Source: Acidimicrobiia bacterium
Lineage (GTDB): Bacteria; Actinomycetota; Acidimicrobiia; Spongiisociales; Spongiisociaceae
DNA length: 64,000 nucleotides
Direction of reading: 5' to 3'
Assembly (NCBI GenBank): GCA_041576165.1
Contig: JBFGLM010000010.1
Location: forward strand, 32,001-96,000
Shown here: piece by piece, positions 19,781-29,794 of the stretch
Position numbering within the stretch: the first letter of the stretch is position 1
Layout of the letters: each line of letters starts with the position of its first letter
The notes under the pieces: model-generated
The model's database searches: none
What the model was told of the DNA's origin: nothing
The model's input: only the letters and a program-made list of their open reading frames with translations
Program-made: the position numbers and the translations under genes

Positions 19781-20878
19781 ATGACGAGACAGAGACGAGA
19801 CATCGGACTCGGGGTTGTTGGCACCGGCAAGATCGGAATGCAGCGGGCCCGGCTGGCCGCCCAGCATCCGGCCGTGGATTTTCTCGGCCTGATGGACGCC
19901 GACCACAGCAAGGCTGTCGGGATCGCCGAAGACCTCGATGCTGATCTCGTGACTGAGACGGTGGAGGAACTGGCGGCGGATGAGCGGGTCGACGCCATCG
20001 TCATCTCGACCGACGAACCGCATCACACCGAGCCGGCGCTGGCAGCGCTGGCAGCCGAGAAGCCGGTCTTGATCGAAAAGCCGCTGGCGTTGACGCTGGC
20101 CGACGCCGACAAGATCGTTGCTGCGGCCCGGGCAGCCGGAGTCGACGTCCGGGTGGGATACTCGATGCGCTACCTCCAGAAGTACTCCGTCGGATGGGAC
20201 AACGTCGCCTCGGGCAAGATCGGTGACGTCGTCGGGCTCACGGGGAGGGTGTACAGCTCGCGGGCCCAGGGACTAACCATCCTCAATCGCTCGGCCGAGG
20301 CCACCCCAGTCATCGACGTCGCCACCTATCTGGTGGATGTCGCGTGCTGGTATCTCGCCCCGCAGGTCCCCGTCGAGGTGGTTGCGAGGGGACACGGAAG
20401 TGTGTTCCGGGATCATGGTTTTGACGTCGACGACGCGGCTTGGTCGCTTGTTCGCTTCAGCGATGGAAGCGTGGTCGACGTAGGCGTGTGCTACTCGCTG
20501 CCGGAGCGGTTCCCGACGACGGGCCAGAGCATCCGGCTGGAGGTCTTTGGTACTGAGGGCGCGTTGCTCATCGACGACGACCACCGCGACCAGATCCTCT
20601 ACACGGAACAGGGTTATAGGAACACATACGCCACCCACCAGGTGATGAACCTGGCGTTCCTGGGCAGCCGCAGCACAGGTGAGTGGGTGGGTGAGCAAAT
20701 GTTCGGACGTCTGGCCGACGAAACTCGTGCGTGGATCGATCATGTCGCGACCGGGGCGGGCTGCTATCTAACCACGGTGGACGAAGCCCGCACGGTGCTG
20801 GCCGTGACGCTGGCGATGGAAGAATCGCTCTCCACCGGCGCGGCGGTGGCGGTCGAGCCATCGGGAGGAGAAGCGTGA
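19781..20878 (+). CDS. Gfo/Idh/MocA oxidoreductase (group B)
   Basis: GVVGTGKIG, IEKP, GY..RY, DDDHRD. Confidence 0.9.
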   Translation: MTRQRRDIGLGVVGTGKIGMQRARLAAQHPAVDFLGLMDADHSKAVGIAEDLDADLVTETVEELAADERVDAIVISTDEPHHTEPALAALAAEKPVLIEKPLALTLADADKIVAAARAAGVDVRVGYSMRYLQKYSVGWDNVASGKIGDVVGLTGRVYSSRAQGLTILNRSAEATPVIDVATYLVDVACWYLAPQVPVEVVARGHGSVFRDHGFDVDDAAWSLVRFSDGSVVDVGVCYSLPERFPTTGQSIRLEVFGTEGALLIDDDHRDQILYTEQGYRNTYATHQVMNLAFLGSRSTGEWVGEQMFGRLADETRAWIDHVATGAGCYLTTVDEARTVLAVTLAMEESLSTGAAVAVEPSGGEA

Positions 20879-21903
20879 CCAGTATCGCCGTGGTCGGCAC
20901 TGGAGCCATCGGCGGCAGCGTCGCCGCCGACCTGACCGCAGCCGGCCACGATGTGACGATGATCGATCAGTGGCCGGCGCATGTGGAGCGGATGCGGGCG
21001 GAAGGCCTGCGGATAGAAATGCCCGACCTCAAGCTGCATGTGGACGTCAACGCCAATCACATTTGTGATTTGGCATCAATGAAGCCCAGCTTCGACATCG
21101 TTCTGGTGTGCGTGAAGTCCTACGACACCAAGTGGGCGGTTCAGCTGATTGAGCCGTACCTGGCCCGCAACGGCGTACTGGTTGGAATACAGAACTCCAT
21201 GAACGATGACGCCCACGGCGAGATCGTCGGTCGCGAGCGGACGGTCGGATGTGCGATCGAGCTCTCGGCGACCTTCACCGAGCCGGGGGTCGTGATCCGT
21301 AACACGACCCGGAAAGGGACGTGGCTCACGGTCGGAGAGCTGGACGGATCCGTCACGGCCAGGGTCGAGATGCTGGCAGGCCTCCTGTCGGAGGTGGCCC
21401 AAACGGAGATCACCACCAACATCTACGGTTCCAAGTGGACGAAGCTGGTTGCCAACAGCATGACCATGGGTCCCAATGGAATGTTCGGCCTCACCAACTG
21501 GGAAGCTGCGCGCTTGCCGGGCATGCGGGACATCTCGGTCAGCCTCGGTGTTGAGACCGTCGAGGTGGGGCGGGCTCTGGGCTATGAGCTGGAGCCGGTA
21601 TTCGGCCTGAGTCGCGAAGAGTTCACCGGCGACATCCACAATGTCCTGGGCAGGGCGATGGACACGCTCAACGCCCATGTCGGCAAAGACGCCGTCACCG
21701 CCGTGATCCAGGATCGGTGGCGGGGTCGGCGCAGCGAGTACGAGTTCATCACGGGGCTGGTGGTGCAAAAGGGTCGCGAGGTAGGCATAGATACGCCGTA
21801 CAACGACGCCGTATTCGAGATCAACGACCAGATCGATCGCGGCCACCTCGAAATGACCCCCGCCAACCTGGATCGCCTCAAGGCCTTGCTGGCAGAGGCG
21901 TGA
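20875..21903 (+). CDS. Ketopantoate reductase (PanE/ApbA)-like #1
   Basis: GTGAIGG, VKSYDT, QN, KWTKLVAN, SE...I.G. Confidence 0.85.
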   Translation: MTSIAVVGTGAIGGSVAADLTAAGHDVTMIDQWPAHVERMRAEGLRIEMPDLKLHVDVNANHICDLASMKPSFDIVLVCVKSYDTKWAVQLIEPYLARNGVLVGIQNSMNDDAHGEIVGRERTVGCAIELSATFTEPGVVIRNTTRKGTWLTVGELDGSVTARVEMLAGLLSEVAQTEITTNIYGSKWTKLVANSMTMGPNGMFGLTNWEAARLPGMRDISVSLGVETVEVGRALGYELEPVFGLSREEFTGDIHNVLGRAMDTLNAHVGKDAVTAVIQDRWRGRRSEYEFITGLVVQKGREVGIDTPYNDAVFEINDQIDRGHLEMTPANLDRLKALLAEA

Positions 21904-21934
21904 TCGTTCCTTTGCCCGAGCGTGGTCGGTTCGC

Positions 21935-22966
21935 ATGAATGAGTCGGTCGCGTTCGTGGGAGCGGGGGCGGTTGGGGGGAGCGTCGCCGCGGATTTGATC
22001 GACGCCGGGATTGAGCTGACGGTGGTCGATCAATGGCCAGAGCATGTTGAGGCCATGCGTCGGGGCGGATTACACGTGACCATGCCGGGGCGCGACGTTC
22101 ACGTACCGGTCGATGCCGGTCACCTGTGTGACCTGGCGTCCGGCAGACAAACCTTCGACACCGTGTTCACCGCCGTCAACGCGTACGACGCGAAATGGGT
22201 GGCGCGCCTGGTTGAGCCTTACCTGGCTTCGGATGGCGTGCTGGTCGGGATCCAAAACTCGATGACGATCCACGACCACGAGGCGGTGGTCGGGTCGGAC
22301 CGGACCGTGGGTTGCGTGGTCGAGCTGTCGGCCCAGATGTTCGAACCCGCAGTCATCCAGCGCAACACCGACCGCACCGCCACCTGGATAGCGGTCGGCG
22401 AACTCGACGGCTCCGTGACGAGGCGGGTAGAACGTCTGGCCGAGATGCTCTCGCACGCCGCGACCACCGCTGTCACCGCCAACATCTACGGCGCCAAGTG
22501 GACCAAGCTCGTCACGAACTCGATGATGATGGGCCCCTTTTGCCTCTTCGGCCTGCGGGAAAAAGAGGCGTCGCGACTGCCCGGCATGATGGAGATCTCG
22601 ATCAGGCTGGGGCGTGAAGCGGCCGTAGTCGGCGAGGCGCTCGGGTACCAGCTGGAACCGCTGTTCGGACTGACGCCGGAGGATTTCGCGGGTGGGGGCG
22701 ACGACGTGCTGGCCAAAGCGCTCACGACGCTGCTCGACGATGTCGGCGAACAGGCGCTCAACACGATGATCCAGGACCACCTCAAAGGGCGCCGCAGTGA
22801 ATACGAGCTGATCAACGGGCTCGTGGCTCGCCACGGCGCCGAACTGGGCGTACCCACTCCGGCCAACGATGCGGTGGTCGAGCTGTCTCGCCAGATCGAC
22901 CGCGGACAGCTCGAGATGACTCCCGACAACCTAGACCGCCTGAAGTCGCTGATCGCTGAGGGCTGA
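21935..22966 (+). CDS. Ketopantoate reductase (PanE/ApbA)-like #2
   Basis: GAGAVGG, QNS, KWTKLVTN, SEYELING; close paralog of #1. Confidence 0.85.
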   Translation: MNESVAFVGAGAVGGSVAADLIDAGIELTVVDQWPEHVEAMRRGGLHVTMPGRDVHVPVDAGHLCDLASGRQTFDTVFTAVNAYDAKWVARLVEPYLASDGVLVGIQNSMTIHDHEAVVGSDRTVGCVVELSAQMFEPAVIQRNTDRTATWIAVGELDGSVTRRVERLAEMLSHAATTAVTANIYGAKWTKLVTNSMMMGPFCLFGLREKEASRLPGMMEISIRLGREAAVVGEALGYQLEPLFGLTPEDFAGGGDDVLAKALTTLLDDVGEQALNTMIQDHLKGRRSEYELINGLVARHGAELGVPTPANDAVVELSRQIDRGQLEMTPDNLDRLKSLIAEG

Positions 22967-22998
22967 AGGCTGCAGCACGGAGGATCCGCCTGCGTTTG

Positions 22999-23039
22999 TT
23001 GACCGGCCGGAGAGCGCCCCGTATTCTGCATTATGTAGG
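22999..23039 (+). promoter_or_regulatory. Sigma-A-type promoter with shared operator copy 3
   Basis: TTGACC-17bp-TATTCT; CGTATTCTGCATTATGTAGG. Confidence 0.65.
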
Positions 23040-23362
23040 ATTTGCGATTCTCGCCTGCGAGGACGATTGCGCCGGCCGAGGCAAGGGAGGAGAGGATCAA
23101 GGTGCCTGCTGCTGTCGAGCCCATCCTCTCCAGTGGTCGGACGTGCGGTTGGTGACGACGACGACCCCGGGCTCACCGCCCGGAAGCTTCGATCGGGCGC
23201 TGTCCGCGAGTGGACTGCCAGCACCTCGCCGCGCCGCTGTGGGGCGGGAGGCGCCCTGAGCCACTCGATTGTTTAGAGAGGTCCGGCCAACCGCTGATCT
23301 GCGCTCAGATTCAACGGCTGGCCGACACACAAACACCTAGGAGGGAGACAAAGGTGATCACC

Positions 23363-24709
23363 ATGTCGAGAAGACACTGGTTACTGAAACTCATGGCATT
23401 GCTGGCCGTCCTGGCTCTGGTGGCTGCGGCCTGCGGCGGCGACGACGAGCCTGCGGCGACCACTGCTGCTGAGGCCGACGAGGGCACCACGGAGGAGACC
23501 GCAGCCGCTGGCGAACAGGTCGATCTGTTGATCTGGGCTTCCCGCGACTACTACCGCCCGCCGGATCTCTGGCAGGGCTTCATGGAAGACAACCCGAACA
23601 TCAACGTGACCGTCCAAGTCGAAGCGAACGACGACATCCTCCAACAGATGCAGCGTATGCAGGACGCCGGCCAGCGGTTGCCTGACGTCATCCAGGACGA
23701 CACGTTCCTGATCGAGGCCTACGCCAACGCCGGCCTGCTGATGGATCACACGCCGCTGAAGGAACGGTGGGAGCAGGAGGACCCCGACGCGTACAACGAG
23801 ATCCTCCCGATCGCGTGGGAAGAGAACCTCTTCCCGGCCGATGACCCGACCGGGCTGTACGGCGTGTCGCTGACCGCCAACTTCGACATCATCTACTACA
23901 ACATCCCGGTGTGTGAGGCAGCCGGCGTCAACTGCTCCGAGATCACGACCCTCGACGGCTTCCTCGAGGCGATGCGGGAGGTCAAGGCGGCGAGTCCAGA
24001 CATCATCCCGCTGACGGTCCAGGCGCTGCCCGGCACCGGCGTCACGACGCTCAAGACCATGTTCAGCGCGGCCGGCGCACCGTACGACGGGGCGGTCCCG
24101 GACCTGCAATCAGAGGGTGGGATCTACACGCTGCAATGGTTCCTGGATGCTTCGAATGATGGGCTGCTGCCCCCCGAGGCGATCACCTGGGGTGAGGATC
24201 AGGCGCGTGCGGCCTTTGCCGGCCAACGGGCGGCCTTCATCCTCGACGGGTTCACTGTGGCCGGTGAGTACAACGCAGTCGAGGGCTTCGAACTCGGATC
24301 GGGCTGGGGCGTGGTTCCTTCGCCCACCCGGGGCGACGGCAACCAGATCTCCAACGCGAGGACCTGGGCCGTCACCACCGGCGCCGAGGAGCGGGGCGTC
24401 GAGTGGGAGGCCTTCCAGGCGATCGCCCACGTCGGCACGGTGGATCAGCTGGTTGATGCTGCAGCGGGTGGCTCGGTGCCCATGCGCAACAGCGTTGCGC
24501 TCGCAGATCCGCGGCTCGATGAGATCTGGCCGTTCTTCGACGAGAACCTCCGGGCGGCATATTCCGGGAGCGACTCCGTCCCGGCCGGCCTCAACGGTGG
24601 CGAGGTCGAACTGGTGCTGGAGGAACTCTTCGGCGAGATCGTCGTTGGGACGGACAAAACGGCCCAAGAGCTCGCAGACGAGTACCAGCCCAAGCTCGAT
24701 GCGCTGTAA
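23363..24709 (+). CDS. ABC transporter substrate-binding lipoprotein (CUT1/SBP_bac_1)
   Basis: Lipobox VAAAC; PDVI, IYYN motifs; followed by two permeases. Confidence 0.88.
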   Translation: MSRRHWLLKLMALLAVLALVAAACGGDDEPAATTAAEADEGTTEETAAAGEQVDLLIWASRDYYRPPDLWQGFMEDNPNINVTVQVEANDDILQQMQRMQDAGQRLPDVIQDDTFLIEAYANAGLLMDHTPLKERWEQEDPDAYNEILPIAWEENLFPADDPTGLYGVSLTANFDIIYYNIPVCEAAGVNCSEITTLDGFLEAMREVKAASPDIIPLTVQALPGTGVTTLKTMFSAAGAPYDGAVPDLQSEGGIYTLQWFLDASNDGLLPPEAITWGEDQARAAFAGQRAAFILDGFTVAGEYNAVEGFELGSGWGVVPSPTRGDGNQISNARTWAVTTGAEERGVEWEAFQAIAHVGTVDQLVDAAAGGSVPMRNSVALADPRLDEIWPFFDENLRAAYSGSDSVPAGLNGGEVELVLEELFGEIVVGTDKTAQELADEYQPKLDAL

Positions 24710-24730
24710 GTCCAACACGCAATGACCCGA

Positions 24731-24778
24731 CGCCTGCGCACGCCGTTTCCGTTCAAGCGGATCCGGCGTGCGCAGGCG
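24731..24778 (+). other. Intercistronic hairpin (mRNA stabiliser or partial terminator)
   Basis: 15-bp perfect stem CGCCTGCGCACGCCG / CGGCGTGCGCAGGCG between SBP and permease. Confidence 0.7.
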
Positions 24779-24822
24779 GTCGATTTCGGGCATGCTTGCT
24801 TGGACGTCATTGGAACGGGTAG

Positions 24823-25758
24823 ATGACCGCAACCCGTGAACGCACTGGGAGCCCGGAGGCGGTCTCCGTCGAGCCCTCGGCCGGCCCGATCGGCCAGAGC
24901 AAGCTCACGCCGTACCTGTTCTCGTTCCCCGCCATTCTGGCCGTGAGCGCGATGCTGGCGTTCCCGGTCCTATACGGAATCTGGGAGAGCCTGTACCGGG
25001 CGCCTGAGCTGGGCCTGCCGGAGGAGTTCGTCGGTGCCCAGAACTACATCGACATGTTCGGCGATGGCGATTTCTGGAACGCCCTCTACCGGACGGCCAT
25101 CTTCGTAAGCGGTTGCCTCCTGGTCGGCACCTCGCTCGGGTTGTTCTTCGCGTTTGCGTTGTTCCGGGCCGCCGGCCGCCTGCGTTTCATGCGGGCGACG
25201 ACGCTCGCGCCCTATCTCATCTCGAATGTCGCCGCCGCGGTGATGTTCCGTATCCTGTTCCAGTCGGACCTCGGCCTGATCAATGAAACTCTCGCCTGGG
25301 TTGGCATCGACGGGCCGTCATGGTTGTCGGACACGACGTGGGCGATGGCGGTCGTCATCTTCACGCAGGTCTGGACCGACATACCGCTGACGATCTTGCT
25401 GTTGCTCGGGGGCCTGATGACCATCGATCAGTCGTACCTCGATGCCGCCCTCGTCGACGGCGCGTCGGGCTGGCAGCGGGCTCGTCATCTAACCATTCCT
25501 CTGCTGGCTCCCCAGCTCGTGATCACCACAGTCTGGCTGAGCTACTCGACGCTCACCGGGTTGGGCGTGGTCCTGGCGCTCACCGGTGGCGGCCCGCTCG
25601 GCTCCACAACGACGATGGCAATGGAGATGTACAACGTCGCCTTTCGAGCGCTCAAGTTCAACCAGGCACTGGCGCTGGCGACCTTCATCCTGGTGCTGAA
25701 CGCCCTGCTCACGCTGATGTACATCACGGTCGCCCGCAGATACGAGATCGAGCTCTGA
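24823..25758 (+). CDS. Carbohydrate ABC permease (MalF-like)
   Basis: FVG.QNY; EAA-like loop DAALVDGAS.WQ. Confidence 0.9.
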   Translation: MTATRERTGSPEAVSVEPSAGPIGQSKLTPYLFSFPAILAVSAMLAFPVLYGIWESLYRAPELGLPEEFVGAQNYIDMFGDGDFWNALYRTAIFVSGCLLVGTSLGLFFAFALFRAAGRLRFMRATTLAPYLISNVAAAVMFRILFQSDLGLINETLAWVGIDGPSWLSDTTWAMAVVIFTQVWTDIPLTILLLLGGLMTIDQSYLDAALVDGASGWQRARHLTIPLLAPQLVITTVWLSYSTLTGLGVVLALTGGGPLGSTTTMAMEMYNVAFRALKFNQALALATFILVLNALLTLMYITVARRYEIEL

Positions 25759-26648
25759 TGGCGACCGCATCTGCCACCCCCGGTATCACGGAACGCCACA
25801 TAGCCGGCACCAGCAGGTCTCCGCTGGCCAGGCTCGGCCGTCGGACGCTCGTTGGGCTGCCCCTGCTGCTGCTGGCGTTGTGGACGTTCATCCCGTTCCT
25901 GATCACGATCTCGATCTCGTTCAAGTCCAAGTTCGAGTCCTATGCCAACCTCGGGCTGATTCCGGCAGATCCGACCCTGGCGGCGTATCGGGAGGTCCTG
26001 GCCGATCCCAACTTCGTATCCGCTTTCATCAACAGCATCATCGTGGGTTTCGGCACGGCCATCCTGACGACGATCATCGGACTCCCGGCCGCGTATGCGT
26101 TCGCCCGGTTCCGGTTCCGGGGACGGCATCTGCTGCTGCTGTTCACCCTGCTGCCCCGCCTCGTGCCGAGCATCGGGATCATGGTCCCCATCTACCGGCT
26201 CGCCGTCGTCACCGGGATGCTCGACCGGCGGCTTACCCTGATCATCGTCTACACCGGGATGCTCGCACCGCTGGCCGTGTGGTTGATGGTGGGCTTCTTC
26301 CAACAGATCCCGCGCGACATCGAAGAGGCCGCGGACGTCGACGGCGCCTCCCTGTGGCAGCGCATGCTGCATATCGTCGTACCCCTCGCCGCTCCGGCGC
26401 TGATCACCATCGCGGTGCTGGCGTTCCGGGAGGCCTGGAACGAGTTCACTCTCGTCCTCGTACTCACGACAACGGCGGAGACCCGAACTCTCCCGTTCGC
26501 ACTGTTCAAGCTCGGTCAGAGCGAGGGACTGACCAACTTCCCGGCGGAGGCGGCGTTCGCGATCATCACGGTGCTGCCCTTCATCCTGGTGTACACGCGG
26601 ATCGAGCGTTACGTGGTTGCCGGCCTAACGGCGGGATCCTCCAAGTAG
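25758..26648 (+). CDS. Carbohydrate ABC permease (MalG-like)
   Basis: AAYAFARFRF.G, IP.DIEEAA.VDGAS, WNEF. Confidence 0.9.
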   Translation: MATASATPGITERHIAGTSRSPLARLGRRTLVGLPLLLLALWTFIPFLITISISFKSKFESYANLGLIPADPTLAAYREVLADPNFVSAFINSIIVGFGTAILTTIIGLPAAYAFARFRFRGRHLLLLFTLLPRLVPSIGIMVPIYRLAVVTGMLDRRLTLIIVYTGMLAPLAVWLMVGFFQQIPRDIEEAADVDGASLWQRMLHIVVPLAAPALITIAVLAFREAWNEFTLVLVLTTTAETRTLPFALFKLGQSEGLTNFPAEAAFAIITVLPFILVYTRIERYVVAGLTAGSSK

Positions 26649-26663
26649 TGGCCGCAGCGGGTG

Positions 26664-27158
26664 TCACTCCTCCGGCGGCAAGATCAGCATTGGGCAGCGG
26701 CACCGCTGTATGCATTGATGCGCCACCGAGCCCAGCAGCATCCCGGCAAATCCGCCCAGCCCCCGCGTTCCGATCACCACCAGGTCGGCGTCACGAGACG
26801 CATCCAACAACGCATCGGCCGGGTCATCGGACGCAATGACCACGAGGCCCGGCTTCGGGCCGGACATCCCCTCGGTGGCGTCGGCGACGAATCGCTCGAG
26901 GGCGGCATAGGCGGTGCCGGCCGCTTGTTCATCGGGATTCGGGCGGGGGTCGTTCGCATCGTCCGGAGATATCGGTCCCATTCCGACACCAATCCCGATC
27001 GGCAAGCTGATCAGGTCATCTGCGAACGCGCGCCGGGGCGGCCGGAACACGTGCACGGCGTCGAGCGTGGCATCCCGGAGAGCGGCCTCTTCAACGGCCC
27101 GGCGGAGCGCCCGCTTCGAATGCTCCGACCCGTCGACGCCAACGACGATCCGTGGCAT
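26664..27158 (-). CDS. Universal stress protein (UspA family)
   Basis: IVVGVDGS; ADLVVIGTRG.GG..G.LLGSV. Confidence 0.9.
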   Translation of the reverse strand: MPRIVVGVDGSEHSKRALRRAVEEAALRDATLDAVHVFRPPRRAFADDLISLPIGIGVGMGPISPDDANDPRPNPDEQAAGTAYAALERFVADATEGMSGPKPGLVVIASDDPADALLDASRDADLVVIGTRGLGGFAGMLLGSVAHQCIQRCRCPMLILPPEE

Positions 27159-27321
27159 GTTTCTCCGATCTTCGCTTCGGTCTGACCGTGCCGTACGGGG
27201 AGAGTTGCCGCCAGGGGAAGACGACCCGGCTTGGCGTGACAGTCGGAGTTGGCGCCGGTGACGGCCGGCGGCAGCGCGCACCTATATGATCCAGGCCGGC
27301 CCGCACGGAGGGATGGAGCAC

Positions 27322-28323
27322 ATGACGGGCAAAATCATCGACGTCCACAGTCACATCGTCCCGCCGAGACTCGCTGCCGCAGCGCAGCACGGCGGCCGGC
27401 ACTACGGACTGGAGTTCGGCCGAGACGAACAGGGCAAGGTGACCAGCCGCTCGGGTGATGGTCCCGCCTTTGCCCTGCCCTGGCCGACCCCGCTGGAGAC
27501 TCCCGCCGACCGTATCGAGTCGATGGACGCAATGGGCGTCGACGTGCAATTGCTGTCGCTGAGCCCCAGCATGCACTGGTACAACGTGAGTCCTGAGGAC
27601 GGTTTGGCCCTGGCGGTCGATACTAACGACGACATCGCCGCCATCGTCGCTGGAGATCCTGATCGCTACCGAGGGCTGGCCTTTCTGCCGTTGCAGGATG
27701 CTGAAGCCGCGATCGGCGAACTCGAGCGCTGTATGCGCGACCTTGGATTCGCCGGCACACTCGTCGGGACCAACGTGAACGGCGTCGATTGGGACGCACC
27801 CGACTTGTATCCAGTGCTCGAAGCTGCCCGTGATCTCGACGCGCTCGTCTTTGTGCACCCGGCGCGTGGTCGCGGGAATCCATTCTTGACCCGCTACCAC
27901 CTGAAGAACCTCATCGGGAATCCGATGGAGACCTCCGTTGCACTCGCCAGCCTCATTTTCGGCGGTGTGCTGGACAGGCTCGGTGAGGCGAAACTCTGCT
28001 TTGCGCACGGCGGCGGCTACGGGTGCCTCGGCATCGCCCGGATGGACCACGGCCAGCGGGTGCGGGCCGAAGCCCAAGGCATCAGCCGGTTGCCGTCCGA
28101 CTATCTGAAGGGCCTCTATTTCGACTCGCTGGTGCACGGGCACCACGCCCTTGACCACATCATCGGCCTCGCCGGCATCGACCGGATCGTTCTCGGAAGC
28201 GACTACCCCGCCGACATGGGCGAGCCGGACCCGGTGGGCTTCATACGGTCGCATCCCACGCTGTCGGAGGAGGCGCAATGGAAGATCCTGTCCGAGAACC
28301 TCACCGGCCTGCTGGGAGCCTGA
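27322..28323 (+). CDS. Amidohydrolase-2 family #4
   Basis: DVHSH, VHP, HGGG, GSDYPADMG. Confidence 0.9.
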   Translation: MTGKIIDVHSHIVPPRLAAAAQHGGRHYGLEFGRDEQGKVTSRSGDGPAFALPWPTPLETPADRIESMDAMGVDVQLLSLSPSMHWYNVSPEDGLALAVDTNDDIAAIVAGDPDRYRGLAFLPLQDAEAAIGELERCMRDLGFAGTLVGTNVNGVDWDAPDLYPVLEAARDLDALVFVHPARGRGNPFLTRYHLKNLIGNPMETSVALASLIFGGVLDRLGEAKLCFAHGGGYGCLGIARMDHGQRVRAEAQGISRLPSDYLKGLYFDSLVHGHHALDHIIGLAGIDRIVLGSDYPADMGEPDPVGFIRSHPTLSEEAQWKILSENLTGLLGA

Positions 28324-28391
28324 GCCATGCCCGGCCATGCCGTTGGAGATCGACCAGCCACCCGTGATCGCACCTACATGGAGGACGTGGA

Positions 28392-28793
28392 ATGAGTCAA
28401 AGCCTGGCTGAGGAGTTCGCGGCGCGGCGCGGCAGACGCTACCCGGCCCATGCCTGGATCGCCGAGCGTTTTCCGGAGTACGTGGAGACGATGCTCCGAC
28501 TGGACGAGATCATCAGGCGCCGACCCCGGCGGTTTGATGAGAAAGGCCACGAGCTGTTCCATATCGTCGCTTTGGCGGTCATGGGTTCGAACCCACACAA
28601 CCAGCCACATCTCACCCAGCACATCAAGAAGGCGCTGCAGCTCGGCGCTCATCCTGAAGAGATCGCCGAGGCGCTGATGGTGGCTGTGAACCCGGCCGGT
28701 GCCAGAGTGCTCACCTACGGAGTCACCTGCATGCTGGAGGCGATCGAAGAGCTGGAAGCGGAGGGATGGACCCAGGAGGACGCGACCGGATGA
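28392..28793 (+). CDS. CMD/AhpD-like protein
   Basis: K.HEL..I....; HIKKAL.LGA.PEEI.EAL; GGAGG RBS. Confidence 0.8.
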   Translation: MSQSLAEEFAARRGRRYPAHAWIAERFPEYVETMLRLDEIIRRRPRRFDEKGHELFHIVALAVMGSNPHNQPHLTQHIKKALQLGAHPEEIAEALMVAVNPAGARVLTYGVTCMLEAIEELEAEGWTQEDATG

Positions 28794-29794
28794 GCCGCCA
28801 TACCAACGTCATCGACGTTCACGCCCACCTGCTGCCGCGGTCGGCGATCGCAGCGGGCGAAGCCGGTGAGATGTGGTACGGATCACGGCTCGAGATCGAT
28901 GGTTCGGGCCGGCCCCACGTCGTCACGGGCGACTATCGAGTGGGGATGGGTGGCAAGGCCCACCTCGAGCCCATGGAACGGCGACTCGAGCAGATGGATG
29001 AGGCCGGCGTCGACATCCAAGTGCTGTCTTTGAATCCAATTCTGTTCCGCTACTACCTCGATCCAGGACTCGCCGCCGACGCGGCGGTAGCCGTGAACGA
29101 TGAGATCGCCGGTTATGCCGCGAAATGGCCGGACCGGTTCCTCGGTTTTGGGGCGCTGCCGCTGCAGAGTCCCGACCGGGCAGTCAAAGAGCTCGAGCGA
29201 GTGATGGCGATCCCGGGGATGGTGGGGGCCGCAGTCGGCAGTCATGTCGACGGTGCCAACTGGGACGAGCCCCACCTCTTTGATGTGCTTGCCGCCGCGC
29301 AAGATTTGAATGCCGCGGTGTTTCTTCACCCGTCGGCCTCCCGACTGAAAGACGCCTTGCCGCGATATCACATGCGGAATTACATCGCGAACCCCACGGA
29401 GACGACCATTGCCATCGGCTCGTTGATCTTCGGCGGCGTGTACGACCGATTGTCCGATCTGAGGATGGTTTTCGCCCATGGGGGAGGCTATGCGTGCTGG
29501 GGCTCATCCCGATTCGACCACGGCTACAAAGTCCGGCCTGAAGCGCGCGAGCACGCCGGCTTGTTCCCGTCCGAGTACTTGCAGCGGATGTGGTTCGACT
29601 CTTTGGTCCATGGGTACCTGAATCTGCGCCACCTCGTCGACGTGGTGGGAATCGACCGAGTGGTGCTGGGCACCGACTTCCCGGCGGATATGGGCCAGCC
29701 CGACCCGGTGGCCTGGATCGAGGGGAGCGACCTCGATGCGGGCGAGCAGGCGGCAGTGCTGGGAGGCAACGCCACCGATTTGCTTAGACTATGA
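28790..29794 (+). CDS. Amidohydrolase-2 family #5
   Basis: DVHAH, LHP, HGGG, GTDFPADMG. Confidence 0.9.
   Translation: MSRHTNVIDVHAHLLPRSAIAAGEAGEMWYGSRLEIDGSGRPHVVTGDYRVGMGGKAHLEPMERRLEQMDEAGVDIQVLSLNPILFRYYLDPGLAADAAVAVNDEIAGYAAKWPDRFLGFGALPLQSPDRAVKELERVMAIPGMVGAAVGSHVDGANWDEPHLFDVLAAAQDLNAAVFLHPSASRLKDALPRYHMRNYIANPTETTIAIGSLIFGGVYDRLSDLRMVFAHGGGYACWGSSRFDHGYKVRPEAREHAGLFPSEYLQRMWFDSLVHGYLNLRHLVDVVGIDRVVLGTDFPADMGQPDPVAWIEGSDLDAGEQAAVLGGNATDLLRL

Noticed and set aside
20875-22966. Assigning gene symbols such as panE, acmsD, slcC, prpD, kynB or clpC2
   Set aside because: Only family-level similarity is visible; orthology cannot be established without searches
23363-26648. Missing ATPase in the sugar ABC operon as an anomaly
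   Set aside because: Shared MsiK-type ATPases encoded elsewhere are normal in Actinobacteria
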